NCBI GenBank assembly: GCA_010909165.1
Contig: MU008164.1
Coordinates: forward strand, 1,178,001-1,242,000
Origin: Anthoceros angustus
Lineage: Eukaryota > Plantae > Anthocerotophyta
Reading direction: 5' to 3'
DNA length: 64,000 bases
A program made the translations under genes and the position numbers. Positions within the stretch are counted from its first letter, which is position 1. Each line of letters begins with the position of its first letter. This document shows positions 36,811 through 48,124 of the stretch, piece by piece. The notes beneath the pieces were generated by a model. That model worked only from the letters and a program-made list of their open reading frames with translations. It searched no databases and was not told the DNA's origin.

Positions 36811-37934
36811 CATAGTAGAGTTGGAGTAATAGACTTGTTATGTGGAAAGGAGAAGGCGGGGAAGGGAGATGATAGAGGGATAAGGAGTGGGGAGGCGATA
36901 GAGGGATAAGGAGTGGAGAGGGTGGGAGGATAGATAAGGAGTGGAGAGGGTGGGAGGATAGATAGGTAATTGATAGGTTGAAAAATATTTTAAAGCTTTT
37001 CTTATAAGTATAAAAAGTATCCCAAGTCTTAAATATTTCACTTATTTAATTATAATTATGGTGAGTACAAGCGTCGTGGAAGACGGGTTCGGTTTAAGGG
37101 TTTACGACACCAAAGCATGACCGATTGTTGCGATGACGTGGTTCTGCGCCAATTTCGATGATCGACCTCTTGGCTTCTTGGTAGCGATGATGACCGCACT
37201 AGAATTGGGCCACAAATCAATCTCTTTTCTTTGAGTGTGGTATCGATCTTGGCCGTTTGCCTCGGCGATCTGGAAAGAGTAAAGAAGACAAGACGTTGAT
37301 GATTTCTCCAGGACACCCCCTTTGTTCCGAGCGCACTCAAGCGAGCACTCAAGCGAGCGGTGTACTGGGCCGCCTTTGGCTTGTCCTGGAAAACCCAGAG
37401 CCTTCGACCATTGTTGAGGACACATAGTAAACAAGGTGAGGACATAGCCCCAGTCTGCTTGCTTCACAAGATGGTTGTGATACAAGTCTCCCGTTTCGTC
37501 GCCATGCGAACAAGTGGCGCCATCTGGCGGCTTGGGGTTCCGCCGATGTAGGGAAGTTGTCCCGCCTACTCAAATTGGCGCTAAGTACCTCGAGAGGAGT
37601 CGAATCCTCCTTCCGTGTTTTGGAGAATAAGTGACAAATTTTGGACACTCGGAGAGTGAGAACGACGCGCCACGCCACCGGATCATCTTATGGAGGAGGA
37701 ATGGGAGCACCATGGATGTGGTCTTGGCGAGTGGGGATAATCGCTTTCTTGATTCAAGAATCTCGTTCTGTCTCTCGGTTACATCCATCATATGCTATGA
37801 TGGACTATTGAACGACGACCCCTACGTTACATGGATCGTCTTAATTGGCAAGTGGGGATGATGTCTTGATTTCAAAGAACCTCGGTTTAGTCTTCACTAT
37901 GATGGACAACTAGTGGTGATTCCCTAACCTTTTT

Positions 37935-38097
37935 TGTAGTCTTGCTTGCTTTGTCAGGGATATGGTGACATGGAATGCCCTTATGGGTACAGCAAGGGCT
38001 CGGCGTGCCTGGAGAATGTAGTGGTGGGCACCTACCTGGTGGACATGTATGCAAAATTTGGTGAACTGGAAAATGCCTGCCAAGTTTTTGATAGTTG
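37935..38097 (+). pseudogene. PPR fragment
   Basis: RDMVTWNALMG; ENVVVGTYLVDMYAKFGELENACQVFDS. Confidence 0.75.
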
Positions 38098-38129
38098 AAC
38101 GACCCATGAAAGAGGACAGTCTAAGGGTG

Positions 38130-38720
38130 TTGCCCGATTTTGCAAATGGAATCGAATGTCATGCGCAGAAAGAGATCCTGCAATGGCTTGCCAGAATCTG
38201 TCAGGCAAAATTCACGAGCATTGAGAAGAGATTGCAACATGCTCCACACACCATCATTCACCATGCATGTCAACAACCTCCTCCTTTCCGAGCTTGGGCA
38301 ATAATGCTAACTGCCTCTAAACGCGTTGGTCGTAATCACGAAGCACTGGAAGAGAACTCAAGCTTGCGCCTTCCGCGTCTTCCACATCTCTCCATCGTTG
38401 AAAATGCCATTCCCCAGCTCTTCCGATCGGAAGGATTCCTTGCATGAACTTGGTGGTGCGTTCGCATTTTGAAGCGAGACAAACACATGTGTGTCACAAG
38501 CATCCAAGATGCTCGAATCGCATCCCATTCCGGTAGTACACGTTAGGATTCGATCCATTACCTTAGGGAAGTTCTCGTTGCCTCTCGAATGTGCTCAATG
38601 TTGGGTGGGTGCGTCGTGGCGGTGAAAGCTGCGGTGAAGTGCACTCAACGTGGTACGCTCAGCGAAGACCGTGAGCCACCCAACAAGGTATCTTTGTGAC
38701 GAATTATGTCAACTGCAGCC
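38130..38720 (-). pseudogene. Cytochrome P450 fragment, CYP86 clan (CYP704-like)
   Basis: Minus strand: PPNIEHI..NFPK, ELGNGIFNDGEMWK, LQDLFLRMTFDSICKIG (38133-38183). Stops and frameshifts; haem-binding half absent. Confidence 0.75.
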
Positions 38721-39600
38721 AATTCGCCAGCCCTTGGGACCGTGTATCCTTCTCGACAACCCATAGCTCGAAAGGAGATAGAGTACAAAGGCAACCAGCC
38801 GTGGATCCAAGTCAAGGCATCCATGGTTGCCGCCACTTGGAACACCACTCAATGTCTTGCCAATCACCGCAAGTTGCCGTGCAAGGAATTGATACCCCCA
38901 AACACGACGCATGCTCACTCGGTTGCAATTTGCCCATGGTGGCACTAAAAGACCTAAAATGCCATTGCCATACCTGGAATCCTTTCCTTCTCACGCATAA
39001 TTTTGGAGGCTCGCAAAGCGCACGAGTCACCAAGATGCTCCCTCCTTGGTGCACCACCGGACTTGGCTTGCCCCGTGGTGTGATGATCCGATCGATGTTG
39101 TTCTCTCCCAAACTCCCATTATGCGGTGATCACATCCCGCATACCTCGGAATATGTACGTGACCCCACAGAATTGGTTATATATTATGGGCGGCCATGCC
39201 ATATCCATCCCGCACCGCTTTGTCACCGGTACAAATGTCTTGAATAATGGATGACGATTGACGGGGTGGTGATGCCCGCAAGAAGACGAACGAGTCATCC
39301 ATGCTACGTGACCGGGTCTGCAGTGACATGATCGATTGATGAGCGGGCACGTATGGTTGATTGGTCGCCATAAAACAAAATACATATGCGGTCGAAATGG
39401 CGACATTGTACAATTTGCGTGAACGGCAATGAAATGCCCGACCTCGAGCTTTCGGTTTGCTCCACTTGGAAGGTGAGGCACCATGACCCACCATGACCCA
39501 TCATTCACAACAAGCGAGTTCAACTCCTCGGACAAGAGTGAAACATGGGAGACATGAGGTGAGCACTTTGTTCGCAACTCGATGGACAATTAGCAAGGTC
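38720..39600 (-). mobile_element. Highly degenerate Ty3/Gypsy integrase remnant
   Basis: GHF...CHC zinc-finger-like segment, GMDMAWP...TYIF..D..T.W (cf. GIDFVGP..YILVAVDY.TKW) and SPFEL. Confidence 0.4.
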
Positions 39601-39829
39601 AGTCGATCGTGGCCACCTCGCTTCCTCTGCCGTTTCCTTGCACTCATGCTATGTTTTTAGGAGAGCTTCATTCTGGCACATATGCTTCCAAATGTTTTCA
39701 CATGCATCACCTGGATCGAGTGCATGCATCATGTGGCGCCTGGGCACATGTAATCTATATGTGATGAAGCGACCATGTTACTCTTTTGCCTCAAAGCAAA
39801 AACTAACATAGTCGCTTGGCCACGTGGAT

Positions 39830-40335
39830 CATGACTATGTTGTAAAACACGGTCCATTGCAAAGCCCAATTGAATGCTTTGTCTTGGGAGGAGGTGGACT
39901 TGGCCTGATGGAAGCTGAGATCGGTAGAATACTCAAGCACTGGCAATGGCACTGGAAGCCCGACTGAGGCGTATACAACGTGCAAGATCGCTTTGCAATG
40001 GACTTTGTATATGAGACTACGTTGTGAATTTGGTGTAAAACGTGCAGAGGCCTGATCTCGGCCTTGTCATACATTTTACAACATACAAGTGCGCTTTGCA
40101 ATGGATCGTGTTGTAAATTAGACTATGTTGTAAAGTTGTGGGAGGCCTATCTTGGCCTCTCTTAAACGCTTTACAATGTACAGGGTTTTGCAATGGATCG
40201 TGTTGTAAATTAGATTAGGTTGTACGTATGTTGTAAAACATGAGAGAGGCCGATCTGGCCGTCTCAAACATTTTACAACATACAAGTGCGCTTTGCAATG
40301 GATCGTGTTGTAAAACACGGTCCATTGCAAAGCCC
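39830..40335. repeat. CACTA-type subterminal motif cluster (GTTGTAAA / TTTACAAC)
   Basis: Repeated gctttgcaatggatcgtgttgtaaa units carrying the same ACAAC motif as the element ends. Confidence 0.6.
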
Positions 40336-40339
40336 AATT

Positions 40340-43300
40340 GAATGCTTTGTCTTGGGAGGAGGTGACCGTCGGAGAGAAGGCGGGAGGAGGTGACCGATCG
40401 GACAGAGGTGTGTTTGGGTATAACTCTTCACTCCCACTTGTTGATCATTTTGGAAAGTGATGCTCCAACAACGGATCATCTCCAGTCCTTGTAGGATGGA
40501 GTCGGGTGAAAGCTGCAGATGCATTGCGTGCGCGCCCCCCTCCTCGCCGGTATATATTCGAGCGTGCGGTGAGAAACCAGTCCTCACCGTTATATTCCTC
40601 TTCTTCATCTTCACGCCTGCAATTGGAGAAGGGGTTGTGGAGCGTAACGATCGAGATGTCGCCTCCTCTAAGGATGCGAACCCCGCCACAAGAGACTCCC
40701 TAGGCCGCTGCGGCAAGCAAGGCGGCTAGGACAACCTCCTCTAAGGATGCGAACCCCGCCACAAGAGACTCCCTAGGCCGCTGCGGGAAGCTCGAGCCGA
40801 CCAAGAAACGGAGCGCCTCGCACAACGCGGCAGGCCGAGGACTAGGCGCGAGGCCATAATCGGGAGGACATGGGAGGTCCTCCATTGCGCGCTTAGCTTC
40901 CACAATTTCTCCCACGCGTGCCCCTCGCCACTGCGCAAGAGGGAGCTCGGGGCCTGCCTGGGCCCGAGGCTATGTCTGACGGAGGGAGGTGAGGCCCTCA
41001 CGGCCTCGAATTTCCCTCGAGGTAACCCCGATAAGGATGTGAAGATTGTGAGCCTAGGCCGCTGCGGCAATGCCAGCTCTCCTATCTCGTATCGATGCAA
41101 GCATACCGTCGGTCATGAAGCGGATCGAGTGCGTGAGTTACTGCCTCGGTCATGTTGTAAGCCGCTCTGATGAAGTGACACGGGTTTTGCTTCATCTCTG
41201 CTCCTACTCCCACTCGCTCTAAAGCTATCTAATTGCTTTGTGTCTTGACCGCAGGATCTGTCTTGAGGATTGAGGAGGATCTGTTCCTCCGAAGATGACA
41301 TGTGCGTGAGGACTCCGATGCTACGAAGGCCTCCAGTCCTCCGACTCGGAGAATCCAAAGGAAGAGTCCTCCAGGACGAGTCTGGTGGGATTAGGTAGCA
41401 GGCATGTAGGCTAGTTGGGGTTAGATAGGAAAGTTCCACTCTCCTAACCCCGGACCTCGAACATGCTTCTCGTGCGGCTCTTTTGAAAGAGCTTTCGTTA
41501 ATATATCTGCAGGGTTTTCTTGTGTAGGCACATACTCCGGTTGCTTGACTAACCTTCCGCTTGCGTTTGGGATCGTGTTTGAGCTCGAAGTGAGATCAAG
41601 ATTCGGAAGTGAGATGAGGAGTCAAAGTGTGAGCTCCTCTTCACTCGAAGGTCACCGGAGGATCCTTCAACCTTAGCTAAGGATCTAAATACTCCTATGT
41701 GTTTTTCGTGGAATCACCTCAATCGCCATTACACTAATGACATTTCGTCCGCATACAGTCCTTCAACCTCTTCCAGATCTGCGGTGACATTTCAACATTT
41801 CAACATGCCTCTACATTTCGGATGTTACGACTAACCATGCTTCGTGAAATCCCTCAGATTGGTTTTTCAGCAATTCGGCATACTATGTAGATTATCGCAA
41901 GTGAAGGCCTATCGAAACTCTATACCTATTGCGTCTATTAGAAATTAGCTCGGCGAGGCGCCATCTGGCGCCTGGATTGGCCATTTCATTAGGCCCGACT
42001 TTGTCGCTAATATGCAAGAACTCGCATATCATTGTATTACAAATCTTTATATGTAGCGCCAATCGTGATTGTCCTAGTGTATCTCCATTGGAATTGCGAA
42101 GGCGCAATCCAAAAGGAAGTACACTAGGATTCCTACCTAGATTCGCAGTTGCTATAAAATTTTCAACCGGTATACCCCCGGCCTAGGTTGAACTCACTAC
42201 TCCACCATGGAGTAGCGAGATTGTATACATGTCTGGCCAGCCCTTGATGAGTCGGCCAATTTTACCCCTAGTCTACCTAACATGCATATATAGCCCTACA
42301 TGCAATATCTAGAAAACGGAATTCCCATGGTTCAAGGAAGTTGCCTTCCTCGGCCCTCGAAATAGGTTTCTATCTACATGCTACTTTTCCCAAGGACCAA
42401 GGAACATCCTTCCGAAACCCCAAGACCAAGGACTAGGTTTCTATCTACATACCATTTTCCCAAGGACCAAGGAACATCCTTCCGAAACCCCAAGACCAAG
42501 GAACATCCTTCCGAAACCCCAAGACCAAGGACTAGGCGAGGCCATAATCGGGAGGACATGGGGAGGTCCTCCATTGCGGAGCTTCACAATTTCTCCCACG
42601 CGTGCCCCTCGCCACTGCGCAAGAGGAGCTCGGGGCCTCGACCTGGGCCCGAGGCTATGTCTGACGGAGGGAGGTGAGGCCCTCACGGCCTCGAATTTCC
42701 CTCGAGGTAACCCCGATAAGGATGTGAAGATTGTGAGCCTAGGCACGTGCAACAGCTCTCCTATCTCTATCGATGCAAGCATCTTGTGCGGTCATGAAGC
42801 GGATCGAGTCGTGTTCTGACCTGTTCCACGGTCATGTTGTAAGCCGCTCTGATGAAGTGACTGGGTTTTGCTTCATCTCTGCTCCTACTCCCACTCGCTC
42901 TAAAGCTATCTAATTGCTTTGTGTCTTGACGCAGGATCTGTCTTGAGGATTGAGGAGGATCTGTTCCTCCGAAGATGACATGTGCGGTGAGGACTCCGAT
43001 GCTGAGGCCTCCAGTCCTCCGACTCGGAGAATCCAAAAGGAAGAGTCCTCCAGACGGCCCGGAATGAGTGGGGATTAGGTAGCAGGCATGTAGGCTAGTT
43101 GGGGTTAGATAGGAAAGTTCCAGACTCTCCTAACCCCAGACCTCGAACATGCTTCTCGTGCAGCTCTTTTGAAAGAGCTTTCGTTAATATATCTGCAGGG
43201 TTTTCTTGTGTAGGCACATACTCCAGTTGCTTCAGCTAACCTTCTCGCTTGCGTTTGGGATGCCGTGTTTGAGCTCAGGAAGTGAGATCAAGATTCTGGA

Positions 43301-44635
43301 AGTGAGATGAGGAGTCAAAGTGTGAGCTCCTCTTCACTCGAAGGTCACCAGAGGATCCTTCAACCTTAGCGACTAAGGATCTAAATACTCCTATGTGTTT
43401 TTCGTGGAATCACCTCAATCGCCATTACACTAATGACATTTTCATATACAGTCCTTCAACCTCTTCCGGATCATGCGGTGACATTTCAACATTTCAACAT
43501 GCCTCTACATTTCGGATGTTACGACTAACCATGCTTCGTGAAATCCCTCTGTGGTGGTTTTTTCAATTCGGCATACTATGTAGATTATCGCAAGTGAAGG
43601 CCTATCGAAACTCTATACCTATTGCGTCTATTAGAAATTAGCTCGGCGAGGCGCCTTCTTGGCGCTGGATTGGCCATTTCATTAGGCGACTTTGTCGCTA
43701 ATATGCAAGAACTCGCATATCATTGTATTACAAATCTTTATATGTAGCGCCAATCGGTGATTGTCCTAGTGTATCTCCATTGGAATTGCGGCAATCCAAA
43801 AGGAAGTACACTAGATTCCTAGATTCGCAGTTGCTATAAAATTTTCAATGGTATACCCCCGGCCTAGGTTGAACTCACTACTCCACCATGGAGTAGCGAG
43901 ATTGTATACATGTCTGGCCCTTGATGAGTCGGCCAATTTTACCCCTGATCTACCTAACATGCATATATAGCCCTACATGCAATATCTAGAAAACGGAATT
44001 CCCATGGTTCAAGGAAGTTGCCTTCCTCGGCCCTCGAAATAGGTTTCTATCTACATGCTACTTTTCCCAAGGACCAAGGAACATCCTTCCGAAACCCCAA
44101 GACCAAGGACTAGGTTTCTATCTACATACCATTTTCCCAAGGACCAAGGAACATCCTTCCAAACCCCAAGACCAAGGACTCGAAATAGGCTTCTATCTAC
44201 TTGCTACTTTTCCCAAGGACCAAGGAACATCATTCAACCTCAAGACCAAGGACTTGAGTCTGCTTCCAAACCCCAAAGACCAAGGACTTGAATCCTACCT
44301 ATTTGAATAGATAGGACTACGGACTCGGTAGCGGACTTGAGCGGCCACCGCTTCTCGGTGTGACCACACCAAGTAACCGTCCTCCCATCACCACTTCCTA
44401 GGACTCCCCTCTTGTGCGTGGGAAACTAGGCGAGGTAAGAGGAGCTCTTGCTCGCCTAACATTCGTGCAAGGAGTCCGGTGAGGTCCTCGGGTTAAACAA
44501 CATGTTCAAGCCGACTTGTTGGATGAGAAGCTTGTTTCTTTGAATATGCGGTGGGTCATTGTGCTTCTCCTTCCAAGTCGAGCTCTCAAAGCCCGAGCAC
44601 AGGAGGTGTGCGGATTGGATATGGGAGTCGTGACA
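40340..44635. mobile_element. Large LTR-like repeat (Gypsy type) with an internal ~1.6-kb direct duplication
   Basis: Right end ...GTCGTGACA (44635). 40740-42370 recurs at 42530-44050. Short ccaagaccaaggaacatccttccgaaacc repeats. No long ORF. Left boundary approximate. Confidence 0.5.
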
Positions 44636-44639
44636 CTGT

Positions 44640-46850
44640 AACCATCGACGTTATGTGAGTAGGGAAAGCTTCGAGGCCGTTGGAGCTCTGTAAAATCTAG
44701 CGTAGATAGACTATTCTATTCCTCAGTCCATCTTATATGTCGTGCTAAAACTTTGTGCAGATAAGAAGGACATGGTTGTGGGATGACGCGTTCATGATCT
44801 CACTGTCAAACTTGGGTACGAGTCAATCACATACTTGGGGAACCATATCTTGCAGATGTATGTATCTGGAGGTAGGCTACAGGAGGGTGGGCAAACCAAA
44901 TCCCTTCATGTGGTTTTCAATAATCTCCGCACATGCTACACATGGGGAGCCTAATGAGGCGATACAACTTTACTATGCGATGTGTCGCTCGGTGTGAAGG
45001 CGGATGCCCACATCTTTGTAGCAGCCCTTCAAGCTTGTGCATTTCTTTGTGGACACGGAATCTAGCGTAAAAGTGCGCATGATATGTTGCATGACATTCC
45101 ACCGAACTTGTTTATTGCCAAGTCGGTGGACATGTACGCAAACCGTGGTGAATCGGAAGAGACACACACGGTTTTCGATAGGTTAGGCGTAAAGGATGTC
45201 GTGACATGGACGGCCCCGATAGTTGGGTATGCAAATCATGGGCTTGGCCAAGAGGCGCTTGTTCATGGACAAATGGAGAAGGAGGGCACGATTGTGGGCA
45301 ACCATGTTACCTTTGCTTGCCTTCCAAGGCTGTGCAACGCAAGTGCCTTACAGAGGGCGGTGCACTCCTGATTGTGGAGAGAGGACCTAGATAACACACT
45401 TGTGGGCACTTGCACGGTGGACATGTACGCAAACCGTGGTGAATCGGAAGAGACACACACGGTTTTCGATAGGTTAGGCGAGAAAGGATGTCGTGACATG
45501 GACGGCCCCGATAGTTGGGTATGCAAATCATGGGCTTGGCCAAGAGGCGCTTGTTCATGGACAAATGGAGAAGGAGGGCACGATTGTGGGCAACCATGTT
45601 ACCTTTGCTTGCCTTGAAGGCTGTGCAACGCAAGTGCCTTACAGGTGCACTCCTGATTGTGGAGAGAGGACTAGATAACACACTTGTGGGCACTTGCACG
45701 GTGGACATGTAGGCAAAGTGTGGCGAAGTAGAAGATGCGCATCAAGTTTTTGAATGCTTGAGCCCAAAGGATGTGGTGACTTGGAATGCCACGATTCTTT
45801 GGGTATGGATGAAAGGGCTTGGTCAAGAGGCGCTATTTTTGTATGGACGAATGCAACAGGAGGGCTGCTTGTGGCGATGAGGTTACTTTTGCTTGCCTTT
45901 TGAAGGCATGTGCAAGCATTGGTGCCTTCTGGAAGGCGGTGCACTCACACTTGTGCAAAGAGGACATTTGGATAACGACTTGTGGGCAACCATGTTACCT
46001 TTGCTTGCCTTCCAAGGCTGTGCAACGCAAGTGCCTTCTGGAAGGCGGTGCACTCACAGTTGTGGAGAGAGGACCTAGATAACACACTTGTGGGCACTTG
46101 CACGGTGGACATGTAGGCAAAGTGTGGCGAAGTAGAAGATGCGCATCAAGTTTTTGAATGCTTGAGCCCAAAGGATGTGGTGACTTGGAATGCCACGATT
46201 CTTTGGGTATGGATGAAAGGGCTTGGTCAAGAGGCGCTATTTTGTATGGACGAATGCAACAGGAGGGCTGCTTGTGGCGATGAGGTTACTTTTGCTTGCC
46301 TTTTGAAGGCATGTGCAAGCATTGGTGCCTTCTGAGAAGGCGGTGCACTCACACTTGTGCAAAGAGGACATTTGGATAACGACTTGTGGGCAACCATGTT
46401 ACCTTTGCTTGCCTTCCAAGGCTGTGCAACGCAAGTGCCTTCTGGAAGGCGGTGCACTCACAGTTGTGGAGAGAGGACCTAGATAACACACTTGTGGGCA
46501 CTTGCACGGTGGACATGTAGGCAAAGTGTGGCGAAGTAGAAGATGCGCATCAAGTTTTTGAATGCTTGAGCCCAAAGGATGTGGTGACTTGGAATGCCAC
46601 GATTCTTTGGGTATGGATGAAAGGGCTTGGTCAAGAGGCGCTATTTTTGTATGGACGAATGCAACAGGAGGGCTGCTTGTGGTGATGAGGTTACTTTTGC
46701 TTGCCTTTTGAAGGCATGTGCAAGCATTGGTGCCTTCTGTATGGACAAATGGAGAAGGAGGGCGATTGTGGGCACTTGCACGGTGGACATGTACGCAAAG
46801 AGGACATTTGGATAACGACTTGTGGGCGCTCGGTGGACTGTATGCCAAGA
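44640..46850 (+). pseudogene. PLS-class PPR pseudogene with internally re-duplicated motifs
   Basis: LKLCADKKDMVVG, VDMYANRGESEETHTVFDRLGVKDVVTWTAPIVGYANHGLGQEAL, DEVTFACLLKACASIG. Segments repeated 2-4 times with indels. Confidence 0.85.
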
Positions 46851-46859
46851 TGCATGCCT

Positions 46860-48124
46860 CGTTTTGTGACTTGGCTAGGAAAATTCTTACACCGACATTT
46901 TACAATGCTGGCACTATTTATAAATCGATAAATTTGTATAACATTTTACAATGTATTTGCAATGAACATGCGACATCGCAATTTCACTAATATATAGCCT
47001 CATAAATGACATAAATCAGAAAAGGTCTCTTCCACATATTTACAACGGCATTTGCGACAAGCATGCCACATCGCAATCTTACTAATATATAACCTCATAA
47101 ATTACATAAATAAGGAAAAGGCATGCCACATCGAATCTTACTAATATATAACCTCATAAATTACATAAATAAGGAAAAGGCATGCCACATCGAATCTTAC
47201 TAATATATAACCTCATAAATTACATAAATAAGGAAAAGGTCTCTTCCAAAATTTACAACGGCATTTATGACAAACATGCCACATCAGCAAATAATATATT
47301 TATTCATGGATATTGGCTGGCTTGTGCATTTTACAACCATAGTTACGACGCATGTGCCACGTCAAGAATATACAATAAAATGAATAATCCAATAATATAA
47401 CATAAATTGGAGAAACCATTTTACAATGATATTTGCAATGAGCTTGCCATGTCAGCAAATAATAAATTTATTTATAGATATTTATATAAAATGGTTTTCA
47501 TGCATTTTACAACCATAGCTACAATGCATGTGACACGTCAAGAATACAAAAAAAAAGATAATCCCATAACTAACATAAATCCAGAGAAACATATTTACAA
47601 CATCATTTGCAACGAACTTGCCACATCAGCAAATAATAAATCTATTCATAGATATTCCAATAAATGGTATTATTCCAAAAATCAAGTCTTGCACAATTTA
47701 CAACCACATCTACAACAAACATGGTTTACAACGTCTTTTACAAGTACCGTTTACAACATCCTTTATGCCACGTCATTATAAATTCAACAAAATGTAGTTT
47801 TATTAACAAATAACCCCCATAGTTTTCTAAATCAAAAGAGTTTATGCACAATTAACAACGTCATGTACAACGAGCAAGCCATGTCAACAAACCCCGTTGT
47901 AAAATTTGTGTCAACATGCCATGTCAACAAATCCCGTTGTAAAATTGTGTCAACATGCCATGTCAACAAACCCCGTTGTAAAATCCATGCCACATCATAT
48001 TAGTTAGGAACCCTTGTTGTAAATGTTCAAAAACTTACAACAGGCTTTGAGTCGTAGTAAGAGTGTTGTAGTTTCCTCTAACTAAACTTAGACCCATTTG
48101 TAAAGGTAGCCCCTCCTTGTAGTG
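46860..48124. repeat. CACTA right subterminal region
   Basis: AT-rich with TTTACAAC, GCCACATC and CCGTTGTAAA motifs; 59-bp x3 (47040-47250) and ~43-bp x3 (47880-47990) repeats. Confidence 0.75.

Larger units (their letters stand above)
21581..48124. mobile_element. Giant CACTA/EnSpm DNA transposon (~26.5 kb) with nested cargo
   Basis: Left end CACTACAAGAAAAT, right end CCTCCTTGTAGTG. AAG TSD at 21578-21580 and 48125-48127. Both ends share TGTAAA-N11-CTTGTAGTG architecture and ACAAC/GCCACATC subterminal motifs. The empty site restores an open frame GYDFELTRNK|TLSKDTMDIFEEEGLEF*. Confidence 0.78.

Noticed and set aside
48055-48072. GAGTGTTGTAGT as the CACTA right end
   Set aside because: Lacks the terminal G and the AAG TSD; the site at 48116-48127 fits both.
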